Assembly (NCBI GenBank): GCA_021810725.1
Contig: JAJZIE010000001.1
Location: 1-48,880, forward strand
From: Bacillota bacterium
Lineage (GTDB): Bacteria > Bacillota > Sulfobacillia > JAJZYS01 > JAJYTV01
Direction of reading: 5' to 3'
Length of the DNA stretch: 48,880 bases
Part shown: one piece after another, positions 8,638-17,016 of the stretch
How positions within the stretch are numbered: the first letter of the stretch is position 1
How the letters are laid out: every line of letters starts with the position of its first letter
Notes under the pieces: model-generated
What the model saw: the letters and a program-made list of their open reading frames with translations, nothing else
What the model was told of the DNA's origin: nothing
The model's database searches: none
Made by a program: the position numbers and the translations under genes

Positions 8638-10389
8638 ATGAGCAGCAGTCGACCAACGCGCCGCCTTAGCGGCAATACGCAAAAAGGCGGGAAATGGGTG
8701 CCGAAGCACCTCAAAACGCGCCGGCGCCGTGTGCGACCGCTGCGCCTCATCATGGTCCTGGCGGCCCTTGCCGTGCTTCTAACCATCCTCCTGCGACCCA
8801 CCATCCCCAGTGCCGCCGCCGCCACCGCCGAAGCGGGCCTGCCGCAACAGGTCCAGCGGGCGCTGCCCAAGGATGTCCACCCCGTGCTGGTGAGCGGCAA
8901 GCCGCTCGTCGTGTCCCTGGGCGTGGGCAGGCAGCCGGCGACGGCCCTGATCGACGCGAGCGTCAAGGGCGGCGCGCCACATGTCTACGAAGTGCAGCTC
9001 GCATGGAATGGGGGCAACCTCGCCTCCGCGCAACTTGGCAAGGCCCTGCAGGCGGGCCACGGCACCTCCGACTACGGCCTCGGCGCCGCAGGCGGCTTCG
9101 CCTACTACGCCACCGCCGTGGCGGGACAGTTCCAGACCGTGACCCTGACGAAGAACGGCCTTGCGCGCTGGCTCTTCGCCCTCAGCGCACCCGCGGACCG
9201 CATCCGGCTGACGCCGAGCGGCACAAGGCTGTGGGTGGCGTTCGACGTCCACGGCACCTGGCGCCAGGGGTCCATCACCTTGAGCCAGGTCGCGCCGCGC
9301 AGTTCGTCTCCTGCCCTGGCGGCCGTGCAGAGCCAGGTGGCAAACGGCAATTCCCTCTTCATCCGGCTGGTCGAGGGTGTGCGCCAGTATTTCGGCAGCG
9401 GCATCGTCGCCGCCATCGAGGACGCCTACTACAACCTCGCGGACAGCGTGCAGCGGATCTACTACCACACGACGGGACAGCGGGCGCAGACGCCAAGTCT
9501 GGCCGTGGTTCGCCCGAAGGCGGTCCAGGCCAGCGTGGAAGCGGCGGCTCTGCCCAAGAACATCGTTCTGCCGCAGAGTTGGCCCAAGGCCGCGGGCGAG
9601 GGTGTCTGGCAGCCCGTCGGGCCGCTCGTCGGCGGACATCCCGCGATGGAGGAGACCTTCCTCCATCCCGATCCGCAGCGGCCGTGGGCCACGTCGTATC
9701 TGGTCTGGATCGATCCGCGGGCGCTCGCGGTGCACTATGAGACGGGTCTCAGCGAGCCGGTGAGCGCGTCCGGCGTCCACGGCAGCGGCATGCTGCCGAC
9801 CGACCCCGCCGTCGCAAGCCACGTCGTCGCCGCCTTCAACGCGGGCTTCAAGAGCGAAAGCACGAACTTCGGTGCGATGATGGACGGGGAGACGCTCGAC
9901 CCACCCGTCGCGGGCGTGGCGACGTTCGCCATCTACCAGGGAGGGCAGGTCGCGCTCGGCGCCTGGGGCAGCCGGACGGTGCCGAAGAAGGGACTCGTGT
10001 CGTTTCGACAGAATCTGCCCCTCATCGTGGATCATGGCCAGTTGAGCCCCTTGCTCGGGGATCCTCAGGCATGGGGCGTCGTGGTGGGCAACTCCACGTA
10101 CGTTTGGCGATCGGGGCTGGGCATCACGCCTGCCGGCGATCTCGTCTACGCGGCCGGAAACCCGCTTTCCGCATACACTCTGGCCGATACGCTGGTGGCG
10201 GCCGGCGCGGTGCGGGCCATGCAGCTCGACATCAACTCCTACTGGATCACCTTCAACTTCTACCGGTGGGTGGCGCAAGGGAGCGGCGGGTATCTCGTGG
10301 GCACGAAGCTGACGCCGGCGATCGAGCGCCCCGCAAACCGGTATCTGACGCCGGACACCCGGGACTTCTTCTACTTGACGACACCTTGA
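8638..10389 (+). CDS. Membrane-anchored secreted protein with a C-terminal phosphodiester glycosidase (NAGPA/DUF2233)-like domain
   Basis: Basic N-terminus followed by TM segment LRLIMVLAALAVLLTILL. The C-terminus RSGLGITPAGDLVYAAG...LADTLVAAGAVRAMQLD resembles the NAGPA R-x-x-x-G...G-A-x-x-A-x-N-L-D-G-G-G-S block. Confidence 0.55.
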   Translation: MSSSRPTRRLSGNTQKGGKWVPKHLKTRRRRVRPLRLIMVLAALAVLLTILLRPTIPSAAAATAEAGLPQQVQRALPKDVHPVLVSGKPLVVSLGVGRQPATALIDASVKGGAPHVYEVQLAWNGGNLASAQLGKALQAGHGTSDYGLGAAGGFAYYATAVAGQFQTVTLTKNGLARWLFALSAPADRIRLTPSGTRLWVAFDVHGTWRQGSITLSQVAPRSSSPALAAVQSQVANGNSLFIRLVEGVRQYFGSGIVAAIEDAYYNLADSVQRIYYHTTGQRAQTPSLAVVRPKAVQASVEAAALPKNIVLPQSWPKAAGEGVWQPVGPLVGGHPAMEETFLHPDPQRPWATSYLVWIDPRALAVHYETGLSEPVSASGVHGSGMLPTDPAVASHVVAAFNAGFKSESTNFGAMMDGETLDPPVAGVATFAIYQGGQVALGAWGSRTVPKKGLVSFRQNLPLIVDHGQLSPLLGDPQAWGVVVGNSTYVWRSGLGITPAGDLVYAAGNPLSAYTLADTLVAAGAVRAMQLDINSYWITFNFYRWVAQGSGGYLVGTKLTPAIERPANRYLTPDTRDFFYLTTP

Positions 10390-10425
10390 GGCCCTTCGGG
10401 GCGGTGGGGAAAGCGGTGCAGTGCC

Positions 10426-11778
10426 TTGTCGGCTACGCAGGCGGGACGAACACTCGAGATCGCGGGCTGGGGACATGCCGTGCGCCAACAGGCGGACGTG
10501 CTGCGGCCCGAGCAGCAGGGTCGCCTCGCTGAGGCGCTCCGCGGCCCGGGCATCGCCCGTGGCCTCGGCAGGGCGTACGGCGATGCGGCCCTCTCGCAGG
10601 GCAGGGTTTGGCAGACGACGCGTCTCAGCCGGATGCTGTCGCTGAGCGAGGCCGGCCTCCTGACCGCGGAGGCCGGCGTCTCCCTCGGCGACATCGTGCG
10701 CACCTTCCTGCCGCGCGGCTGGACCCTGCCGGTGACGCCCGGCACCCAGTGGGTTACGCTCGGTGGCGCCGTGGCGGCCGACGTGCACGGCAAAAACCAT
10801 CACGCCGCCGGCACCTTCGGCCAGCACGTCAAGGAACTTGTCCTGCTCACGGCCGACGGACAGCTCAGGCGCATTTCGCCCGAAGGCCAGAAGGAACTCT
10901 TCTGGGCCACCGTCGGCGGCATGGGCCTGACCGGCGTCATCGTAGAGGTGACGGTCCAGCTCGTGCCCGCCGAGACCGGCTATTTGAGCGTCGACTACGT
11001 CCGCACAGGCGGACTCGAGGAGACGCTCGAGTGGTTCTCCGGCCACGACCGGCAGTATCCCTACACCGTCGCCTGGATCGACGGCCTGAAGGAGGGTCAG
11101 GGGCTTGGCCGCGCCGTGCTGATGGGCGGCCGGGTGACCGCGTCCCGCGAACTCACGGCCGGCGAACCAAGGTACCCGATGCCGCGCGGCGCCGTCCGCG
11201 TGCCGTTCGACTTTCCGAAGGGCAGCCTGAGCCTGCCCGTGGGACGAGCCTTCAACGCGGCCTACTACGGCATGCATCGTCCCCGCCAGAACGCGCGCGA
11301 GCCGTGGTGGAAGTTTTTCTACCCGCTCGACGTCGCCGAAGACTGGTACCGGCTCTATGGGCGGACAGGATTCGCGCAGTACCAGGGCGTCTACCCGCCC
11401 GAGGTCGGTCTTGGAGAGATCCGCGCCATCCTGCGCCGTATCCACGCGGCGCGCCATCCGAATTTCCTCGGCGTGCTGAAGCGCATGGGGCCCGCGTCTC
11501 CCGGCATGCTCTCGTTCCCGCGCGAGGGGCTCACCCTGGCCCTTGACCTCCCGGTGCAGGGCGAGGGAACCCTGCGCCTGTTCCAGGACCTCTACGCGAT
11601 GACGGCGGACTACGGCGGGCGGGTCTACCTGGCGAAGGACGCCTTCCTCACGCCCTCGATGTTCCGCCGCATGTACCCAGGCTGGGAGGCCTTCCTGGCC
11701 GTCAAGGCCAAGGTGGATCCGCAGGGCATGTTCCGCTCCCTGCTCTCGGAGCGCGTCGGCCTCGGGGAGGTGCGCTAG
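10426..11778 (+). CDS. dprE1: FAD-dependent oxidoreductase, DprE1-like (decaprenylphospho-beta-D-ribofuranose 2-oxidase family)
   Basis: RGLGRAYGDAAL and GGAVAADVHGKNHH motifs typical of DprE1-type PCMH flavoenzymes; TTG start. Confidence 0.8.
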   Translation: MSATQAGRTLEIAGWGHAVRQQADVLRPEQQGRLAEALRGPGIARGLGRAYGDAALSQGRVWQTTRLSRMLSLSEAGLLTAEAGVSLGDIVRTFLPRGWTLPVTPGTQWVTLGGAVAADVHGKNHHAAGTFGQHVKELVLLTADGQLRRISPEGQKELFWATVGGMGLTGVIVEVTVQLVPAETGYLSVDYVRTGGLEETLEWFSGHDRQYPYTVAWIDGLKEGQGLGRAVLMGGRVTASRELTAGEPRYPMPRGAVRVPFDFPKGSLSLPVGRAFNAAYYGMHRPRQNAREPWWKFFYPLDVAEDWYRLYGRTGFAQYQGVYPPEVGLGEIRAILRRIHAARHPNFLGVLKRMGPASPGMLSFPREGLTLALDLPVQGEGTLRLFQDLYAMTADYGGRVYLAKDAFLTPSMFRRMYPGWEAFLAVKAKVDPQGMFRSLLSERVGLGEVR

Positions 11779-12507
11779 ATGCCCCCCGGCCGCATCGCCA
11801 TCCTGGGCGCAACCTCGACCGTCGGGCGCGCCATCGCGGCCGAGTACGCGCGCGGTGGGCGGGACCTCCTGCTCTGCGGGCGCTCGCTCGGCGAGGTGGA
11901 GCGCGTGGCGCAGGACCTCAGCCTGCGCTACGGAGTCGCCGCCGAGGCCTGTCTGCTCGACCCCGACCTTCCGGACTACCCGCAGGTGCTCTGGCGCCTC
12001 GAAGGCGGGCGGCCGCTCGGGGGCGTCGTCTGGGCGATCGGCACGATGTCGGCCGCCGCCGGGGGCGGTGGTCCCGACGAGATCCGCGAGACCACCTGGG
12101 TGAATTTCGGCGCCGCCGTGGCGGCGATCGAGGGCGTTCTGCCGGCCGTGGATCCGAAGGGTTTCATCGTGCTCCTGTCTTCGGTGGCTGGTGAGCGAGG
12201 CCGCAGGAAGAACTACGTCTACGGCGCGGCGAAGGCGGCCCTCACCACCTACGGTCAGGGCCTCAATCACCGGCTCGCGGGGCGCGGACCGCGGGTCACC
12301 GTGGTGCAACTCGGTGTCGTCGACAGCCAGATGACCTGGGGCATGTCCGGCGGGCCCGCCGGGGCCGATCCCGAGCGGGTGGCGCGGGCGATCGTCCAGG
12401 CGGTGCGTGCCGGCAAGGGACGGGTGCACGTGCCGGCCGTCTGGGGACCGATCATGCTCCTGCTGCGCCTCGTGCCGGAGAGCGTCTTCAACCGCCTGCA
12501 GGTCTAG
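11779..12507 (+). CDS. dprE2: Short-chain dehydrogenase/reductase, DprE2-like
   Basis: ILGATSTVGRAIA glycine-rich motif; YVYGAAKAAL (YxxxK). ATG immediately follows the dprE1 stop. Confidence 0.75.
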   Translation: MPPGRIAILGATSTVGRAIAAEYARGGRDLLLCGRSLGEVERVAQDLSLRYGVAAEACLLDPDLPDYPQVLWRLEGGRPLGGVVWAIGTMSAAAGGGGPDEIRETTWVNFGAAVAAIEGVLPAVDPKGFIVLLSSVAGERGRRKNYVYGAAKAALTTYGQGLNHRLAGRGPRVTVVQLGVVDSQMTWGMSGGPAGADPERVARAIVQAVRAGKGRVHVPAVWGPIMLLLRLVPESVFNRLQV

Positions 12508-12521
12508 GGGAGGGTAGGGCC

Positions 12522-13439
12522 ATGGCGAACGCGGAGCTGCAGATCGGCGAAATCCCCGCGGAGATCGGGCAGGGCAGGGGCCTGTGGCGCCTGATGCGCC
12601 CGCGCCAGTGGATCAAGAACCTCCTCGTCTTCGCGCCGCTGATCTTCGCCGACGACTTCCTGCGCCTCAAGGACCTGCTGCCGGTCGCCCTGGCCTTTTT
12701 CTCCTTCTGCCTGCTCTCGAGCGCCGTCTACATCGCGAACGACTGGCGCGACCGCGAGGAGGACAGCCGCCACCCTAAGAAGCGGACGCGGCCACTGGCG
12801 AGCGGGCAGGTCTCGCTCGAGGCGGCCGGTGCCCTCCTCGCCGTGCTGCTGGCTCTGGGCCTGGGGCTCGCCTTCCTGAGCGGCCCCTGGGTGCTCCTCG
12901 TCGCAGCGCTTTTCCTGCTCGTCAACGTCCTCTACACCTACATCCTCAAGTCGCAGCTCTTCCTCGACGCCTTCGGCATCTCCGCGGGGTTCATGCTGCG
13001 GGCCCTCGCGGGGGCCGTCGCGATCGGCGTCGCGTTCTCGCCCTGGCTCTTCGCCCTCGTTCTGCTGCTCACGCTCTTCCTCGCCTTCGGCAAGCGGCGC
13101 AGCGAGCTCAGGGCTTCCTCGGCGCCCGAGCAGCACCGCGAGGTGCTCGGGCGCTACACGGCGCCGCTCCTCGACCAGATCCTCGGCGTGCTCGTCTCGA
13201 GCATGATCGGCGTCTACGCGATCTACTCCTTCGACCAGCCGCTGCATGCGCACGCCTTCATGCTGACGATCCCCTTCGTCATCTACGGCCTCTTCCGCTA
13301 CCTCTACCTGCTCTCGGCGAACGACCGCGAGAATCCGGACGAGCTCCTCGTCACCGACTGGCCGACGCTCGTCAATCTTGGCCTCTGGGGCGTCACGGTC
13401 GTCGCCATGCTGGTGCTGAACCGGCAGGGTGTCCTGTGA
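12522..13439 (+). CDS. UbiA-family prenyltransferase, decaprenyl-phosphate phosphoribosyltransferase-like
   Basis: RPRQWIKNLLVFAPLIFA N-terminus; NDWRDREEDSRHPKKRTRPLASG Asp-rich motif; about 8 TM segments. Confidence 0.85.
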   Translation: MANAELQIGEIPAEIGQGRGLWRLMRPRQWIKNLLVFAPLIFADDFLRLKDLLPVALAFFSFCLLSSAVYIANDWRDREEDSRHPKKRTRPLASGQVSLEAAGALLAVLLALGLGLAFLSGPWVLLVAALFLLVNVLYTYILKSQLFLDAFGISAGFMLRALAGAVAIGVAFSPWLFALVLLLTLFLAFGKRRSELRASSAPEQHREVLGRYTAPLLDQILGVLVSSMIGVYAIYSFDQPLHAHAFMLTIPFVIYGLFRYLYLLSANDRENPDELLVTDWPTLVNLGLWGVTVVAMLVLNRQGVL

Positions 13440-13942
13440 AGCGGTACCTGATCTCCGTGCCGAGCGTCGGCGACGTCCCGCTGCGACAGCTCATGGAGAT
13501 GGGCGTGCGCGGACTCATCTTCGACCTCGACAACACGCTCGTCAGGCCACACAGCGACGAGGTTCCCACCGCGACGTCGCGGCTGCTGAGGGAGGCACAG
13601 GAACTTGGCCTCGCCACCGTGATCGTCTCGAACAGCAGGGCGACCCGCGTGGAGCGGCTGGGGCGGCGCATGGGGATTCCGGTCGTCGCGAAGGCGCGCA
13701 AGCCCTTCGCCGCCGCCTACCGCAAGGGACTCGCCGTGCTGGGACTCCCGGGCGGGCAGGTCGCCGCCATCGGCGACCACTTCCTCACCGACGGGCTTGG
13801 GGCCCTGCGCCAAGGCATGCCGCTGGTGCTTGTCGATCCGATCAGTCGGGAGGAGGACTTCCTGGTGTGGGCGGCCCGCCCCGTCGACTTCATCCTGCGC
13901 CGGCTGCTTCTCGGAGAAAGGCGCGGCCCCTCGAGCGCCTAG
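13436..13942 (+). CDS. HAD-superfamily subfamily IIIA phosphatase (YqeG-like)
   Basis: FDLDNTLV, VSNS, KP and IGDHFLTD motifs. GTG start overlaps the UbiA stop (GTGA). Confidence 0.75.
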   Translation: MKRYLISVPSVGDVPLRQLMEMGVRGLIFDLDNTLVRPHSDEVPTATSRLLREAQELGLATVIVSNSRATRVERLGRRMGIPVVAKARKPFAAAYRKGLAVLGLPGGQVAAIGDHFLTDGLGALRQGMPLVLVDPISREEDFLVWAARPVDFILRRLLLGERRGPSSA

Positions 13943-14745
13943 GCGACGGCGCTCGCGAGGAACATCGGCAGGATGACACAGAGGCGGCCACGTTCGCTGC
14001 GCTCGCGCTGTTCAAGAAGCCAGGCGTCGGCCACGCCGTCTGCGACGGCGCCGGAGCTCAGGCCGGCCTGCAGCGCCGCAGAGAGCAGCGGCTGTGCCTC
14101 CTCGTAGCTCGTCAGGACGTGCGTCAGCACCGAGATGCGGACGTCGTGGAAGCCCGCGTCGTGCAAGAGGCCATAGAATCGCCGCCCGATCCACGGATTC
14201 GCGACGGTACCGGCCATCGCGAGCTTCAGGGCCTGCGTCAGCTCGACGTTGTCCGCGTCGACCGTCCAGAGTTCGTAGTCGAGGTCGAGGAGCGCGATGC
14301 GGCCGCCGGGCCTCAGGACCCGCCGCGCCTCGCTCAGGGCCTTGGCCGGCTCGTGCAGGTGCTCGAAGACGCGTTCGGCGCGGTAGCCGTCCTGGCTCCC
14401 GTCCGGGAACGGCAGGGCGGCCGCTGCGGCGTGGCGGAACTCCGCCCCCGGCACCTTGCGCCGAGCGTGCTCCACCATGTTGCGGCTCGCGTCGACGCCA
14501 ACCGCCTCGATGCCGCGCTGGCGCAGCAGCCCGACCGCCGTGCCCGGGCCGCAGCCGATCTCGACCATGCGCTGGCCTGGCGCGAGGGCGAGGCGGGCGA
14601 AGGACTCTTCCCGCACCGCCTCGAGCCAGCCGAGCTGCTCGACCTGCTCGAGGAAGGCGATGAACTGACCCGGATCCTGGCTCGCGTCGATATTGCTGAA
14701 GTGGCTGATGTCGATGGGACGACCGCTTCTCGTGGCGTCGCTCAA
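13939..14745 (-). CDS. Class I SAM-dependent methyltransferase
   Basis: VEIGCGPGT motif I; LPFPDGSQD and RVLRPGGRI motifs. Confidence 0.8.
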   Translation of the reverse strand: MSDATRSGRPIDISHFSNIDASQDPGQFIAFLEQVEQLGWLEAVREESFARLALAPGQRMVEIGCGPGTAVGLLRQRGIEAVGVDASRNMVEHARRKVPGAEFRHAAAAALPFPDGSQDGYRAERVFEHLHEPAKALSEARRVLRPGGRIALLDLDYELWTVDADNVELTQALKLAMAGTVANPWIGRRFYGLLHDAGFHDVRISVLTHVLTSYEEAQPLLSAALQAGLSSGAVADGVADAWLLEQRERSERGRLCVILPMFLASAVA

Positions 14746-14750
14746 GGCGG

Positions 14751-15356
14751 CTACCTCTCCTTTGTGTGGACGTGGGCGAGCTCGTCGTGGCGGAAACAGT
14801 CCACGACGTGGTCCATGACCATGCCGGTGGCCTGCATGAACGCGTAGCAGATCGTCGGCCCGACAAAGCGCAGGCCCTCGCGGCGCAGCGTCCGGCTGAG
14901 GGTCTTCGAGACGTCGGTCTCCGCGGGGACGTCCTCGGGCCGTGCCCAGTGGTTCACCTGCGGCGCCCCGCCGACCAGGGCCCAGAGATAGTCGGAGAAC
15001 GATCCCGAGCGCTCCTGAATGGCCAGAACCCGACGGGCGTTTTCGACCGCCGCCTCGAGCTTGAGACGGTTGCGGACGATGCCGCGATCGAGCATCAGCC
15101 GCTCGATATCATCCTTCGAGAAGGCCGCCACCTTTGCGGGGACAAAGCCCGCGAACGCCCGGCGGTAGTCTTCCCGCCGGTGCAGAATTGTTCGCCAGCT
15201 CAATCCCGCCTGCGCGCCCTCGAGGCAGAGGAACTCGAAGAGACGTACGTCGTCGTAGACCGGAACGCCCCACTCGCGATCGTGATACCGGGCATAGAGC
15301 GGGTCGTCCGGTGGCACCCAGGCGCAGCGGTGCACGAAGAAATCCCCCCGCCGCAT
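14751..15356 (-). CDS. tag: DNA-3-methyladenine glycosylase I
   Basis: CAWVPPDDPLYARYHDREWGVP...EGAQAGLSW...GPTICYAFMQATGMV. Trimmed to the ATG at 15356 (MRRGDFF...); the 269-aa track ORF carries an Arg/Pro-rich false extension. Confidence 0.9.
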   Translation of the reverse strand: MRRGDFFVHRCAWVPPDDPLYARYHDREWGVPVYDDVRLFEFLCLEGAQAGLSWRTILHRREDYRRAFAGFVPAKVAAFSKDDIERLMLDRGIVRNRLKLEAAVENARRVLAIQERSGSFSDYLWALVGGAPQVNHWARPEDVPAETDVSKTLSRTLRREGLRFVGPTICYAFMQATGMVMDHVVDCFRHDELAHVHTKER

Positions 15357-15398
15357 AGTTGTCCACGGCGGGGGGGCGCACCTGCAGGGAAGCCGCGG

Positions 15399-15423
15399 AA
15401 ACGGCCGCGCGCGGCCGCCGTTT
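15399..15423 (-). terminator. GC palindrome (ggccgcgcgcggcc core) followed by TTT on the minus strand, between tadC and tag
   Basis: Read directly. Lies about 250 nt after the tadC stop, so the assignment is tentative. Confidence 0.25.
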
Positions 15424-15676
15424 GGCGCCGCGCGCAAGTCGCTTCTTGGAACTGGCGCTGGGGCTGGCCATGGTGGCCGTCGCGCCGGACGGAACGTCGA
15501 TTGCGTCCCGTCCGCTTCTCGCCGCCGTCGCCACCTCGGTCGCGTGGAGCGGGACCGCATGCATCAAGCGGGAGGGCTCGACGGGAAGGTCCGCCCGCAG
15601 CAGTGTACAGCATAGTGCCTGGGCTCCTCTGGCGCATCGTCCAGTTGCTGCGGTCCAATGTTCCCAGGACTCGCTG

Positions 15677-16312
15677 TCAGATGGACCGCCAGAGTGACAT
15701 CAGCCATGGGATGGCCACAAGCCCCACCCCCTCGAGCAGCACGATGCCCGCGAGGGTCGTGAAGACATACGGGAGGTACGCGGCGCTGCGACGCAGCTCC
15801 TTGCGCACGTCGCCCAGGGCGCTGCGGCGGTAGCGGGCGATCGAGTCGCTGAGCGGCAGACCCAGCTGCGCGTCTCGCGAGAGCAGAGCGACCAGCCGGT
15901 CCGTCTCCGGTGTGCGCAGACTGAGGCGCAGGCCGTCGAGCGCGGCGGCGACGCTGTGCCCCTCTTGCACCCGATCCTGAAAGGACCTGAGGGCCGGACC
16001 CAAGGGGTCCTGCGCCCAGAGCCCCGCGTAGCGCAGGGCCGCGTGCAGCGGCTGGCCGGCGGCGGCGGCCATCGCGAGGTCGGTGAGAAGGCCGGGAACG
16101 GCCCGCCGCACCTGATCGCGGGCGCCGCTTTTGGCGAGGGCCGTCGGGAAGCGCCGCCAGAGCATCGCGGCAGGCCCGGCCAAGGCAAAGAGGGCCATGC
16201 CCCAGGGCGCGAGGAGTGCCAGGCCGATCCAGATCGGCAGCAGCAGGGGGCGCTGCCGGCCGGCGCGCCAAAGCGCCATGGCCAGCACCAGACGTGGAAG
16301 TGCCGCGATCAT
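15677..16312 (-). CDS. tadC: T2SSF-domain membrane protein, TadC-like (short, 211 aa)
   Basis: VPGLLTDLAMAAAAGQPLHAALRYA block typical of GspF/TadBC domains, with flanking TM segments. Start overlaps the tadB stop. Confidence 0.7.
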   Translation of the reverse strand: MIAALPRLVLAMALWRAGRQRPLLLPIWIGLALLAPWGMALFALAGPAAMLWRRFPTALAKSGARDQVRRAVPGLLTDLAMAAAAGQPLHAALRYAGLWAQDPLGPALRSFQDRVQEGHSVAAALDGLRLSLRTPETDRLVALLSRDAQLGLPLSDSIARYRRSALGDVRKELRRSAAYLPYVFTTLAGIVLLEGVGLVAIPWLMSLWRSI

Positions 16313-17016
16313 GGCAGGAGCGCGGACGCGAGATAGGGCACGCCGCCACCCGTCACGAGCGCCAGGGCGATGAGCCAGGGAATGGGAGCGTTGCCTTCGG
16401 CCGCGAGCACCAGCCCCGTGAACAGGAGGGCCGTGGCCATCAGGCCCGTGACCACGAAGTAGGGCAACGTCTCACCCTCCACGCTCGCCACCTCGCGCCG
16501 GTCGTCCGCCGCGTCCTCGAGCAGCACCGCAAGGTGGCGGTCCAGGGGCGCTCCCGTGTGTCGGCTGAGCGCGAGGGCCCTGGCGAGCCGGACCAGGAGC
16601 CCGATGCCGGCCCGTTGCCCAACATCGGCGAACGCCGCCTCGCTCGAGCCGCCGCGCAGCCAGTCCGCCAGGGCGGACTGCCAGAGCGGGCGCAGGTCGT
16701 CGCTGCAGGCCGGCAGGGCCGCCAGGGCGCAGAGCTCCGCGCTGCCGTAGAGCGAGGCCTGTTCGAACATGGCCTGGATCGGCTCCTCCGCCGCGACCGC
16801 GAGACGTCTAAGGCGCGCGTGCCGCAGATACTGGCGAAGACCCGCCTGCCAGAGCGCGACGGACGCCGCGGCCGCGAGCGCGACCGCAAGCCCCGAGGCC
16901 AGGGCGACCGCGAGCGCGACGAGCGGCGGCAAGAAACGCGCCATGCGCCGCGCGCCACCTGTAGCGAGGCTCGCGCCGAGCAACGCGACCGCGGCCAGGA
17001 GCACCGCGCCGTTCAT
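16309..17016 (-). CDS. tadB: T2SSF-domain membrane protein, TadB-like (235 aa)
   Basis: N-terminal TM, cytoplasmic helical domain, C-terminal TM pair. ATG at 17016 overlaps the tadA stop (ATGA); the upstream part of the 318-aa track ORF is an Arg/Pro-rich artefact. Confidence 0.65.
   Translation of the reverse strand: MNGAVLLAAVALLGASLATGGARRMARFLPPLVALAVALASGLAVALAAAASVALWQAGLRQYLRHARLRRLAVAAEEPIQAMFEQASLYGSAELCALAALPACSDDLRPLWQSALADWLRGGSSEAAFADVGQRAGIGLLVRLARALALSRHTGAPLDRHLAVLLEDAADDRREVASVEGETLPYFVVTGLMATALLFTGLVLAAEGNAPIPWLIALALVTGGGVPYLASALLP

Noticed and set aside
8779-12429. 1216-aa minus-strand ORF spanning the envelope operon
   Set aside because: Arg/Gly/Ala/Pro/His-rich low-complexity translation with no motifs. 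It lies antisense to four plus-strand genes that have clear family signatures. This is the typical stop-codon-poor antisense frame of high-GC DNA.
13939-13942. Convergent genes sharing a palindromic CTAG as both stop codons (also at 2368-2371)
   Set aside because: The overlap is real but is a trivial consequence of compact gene packing. No functional implication can be supported.
15357-15676. Searched for a Flp-type pilin or TadE/F gene downstream of tadC
   Set aside because: Neither strand has an ORF with a hydrophobic Flp-like core or a G/xxxxEY motif. The only in-frame ATG ORF is basic and Ala/Arg-rich, and it runs into tag out of frame.
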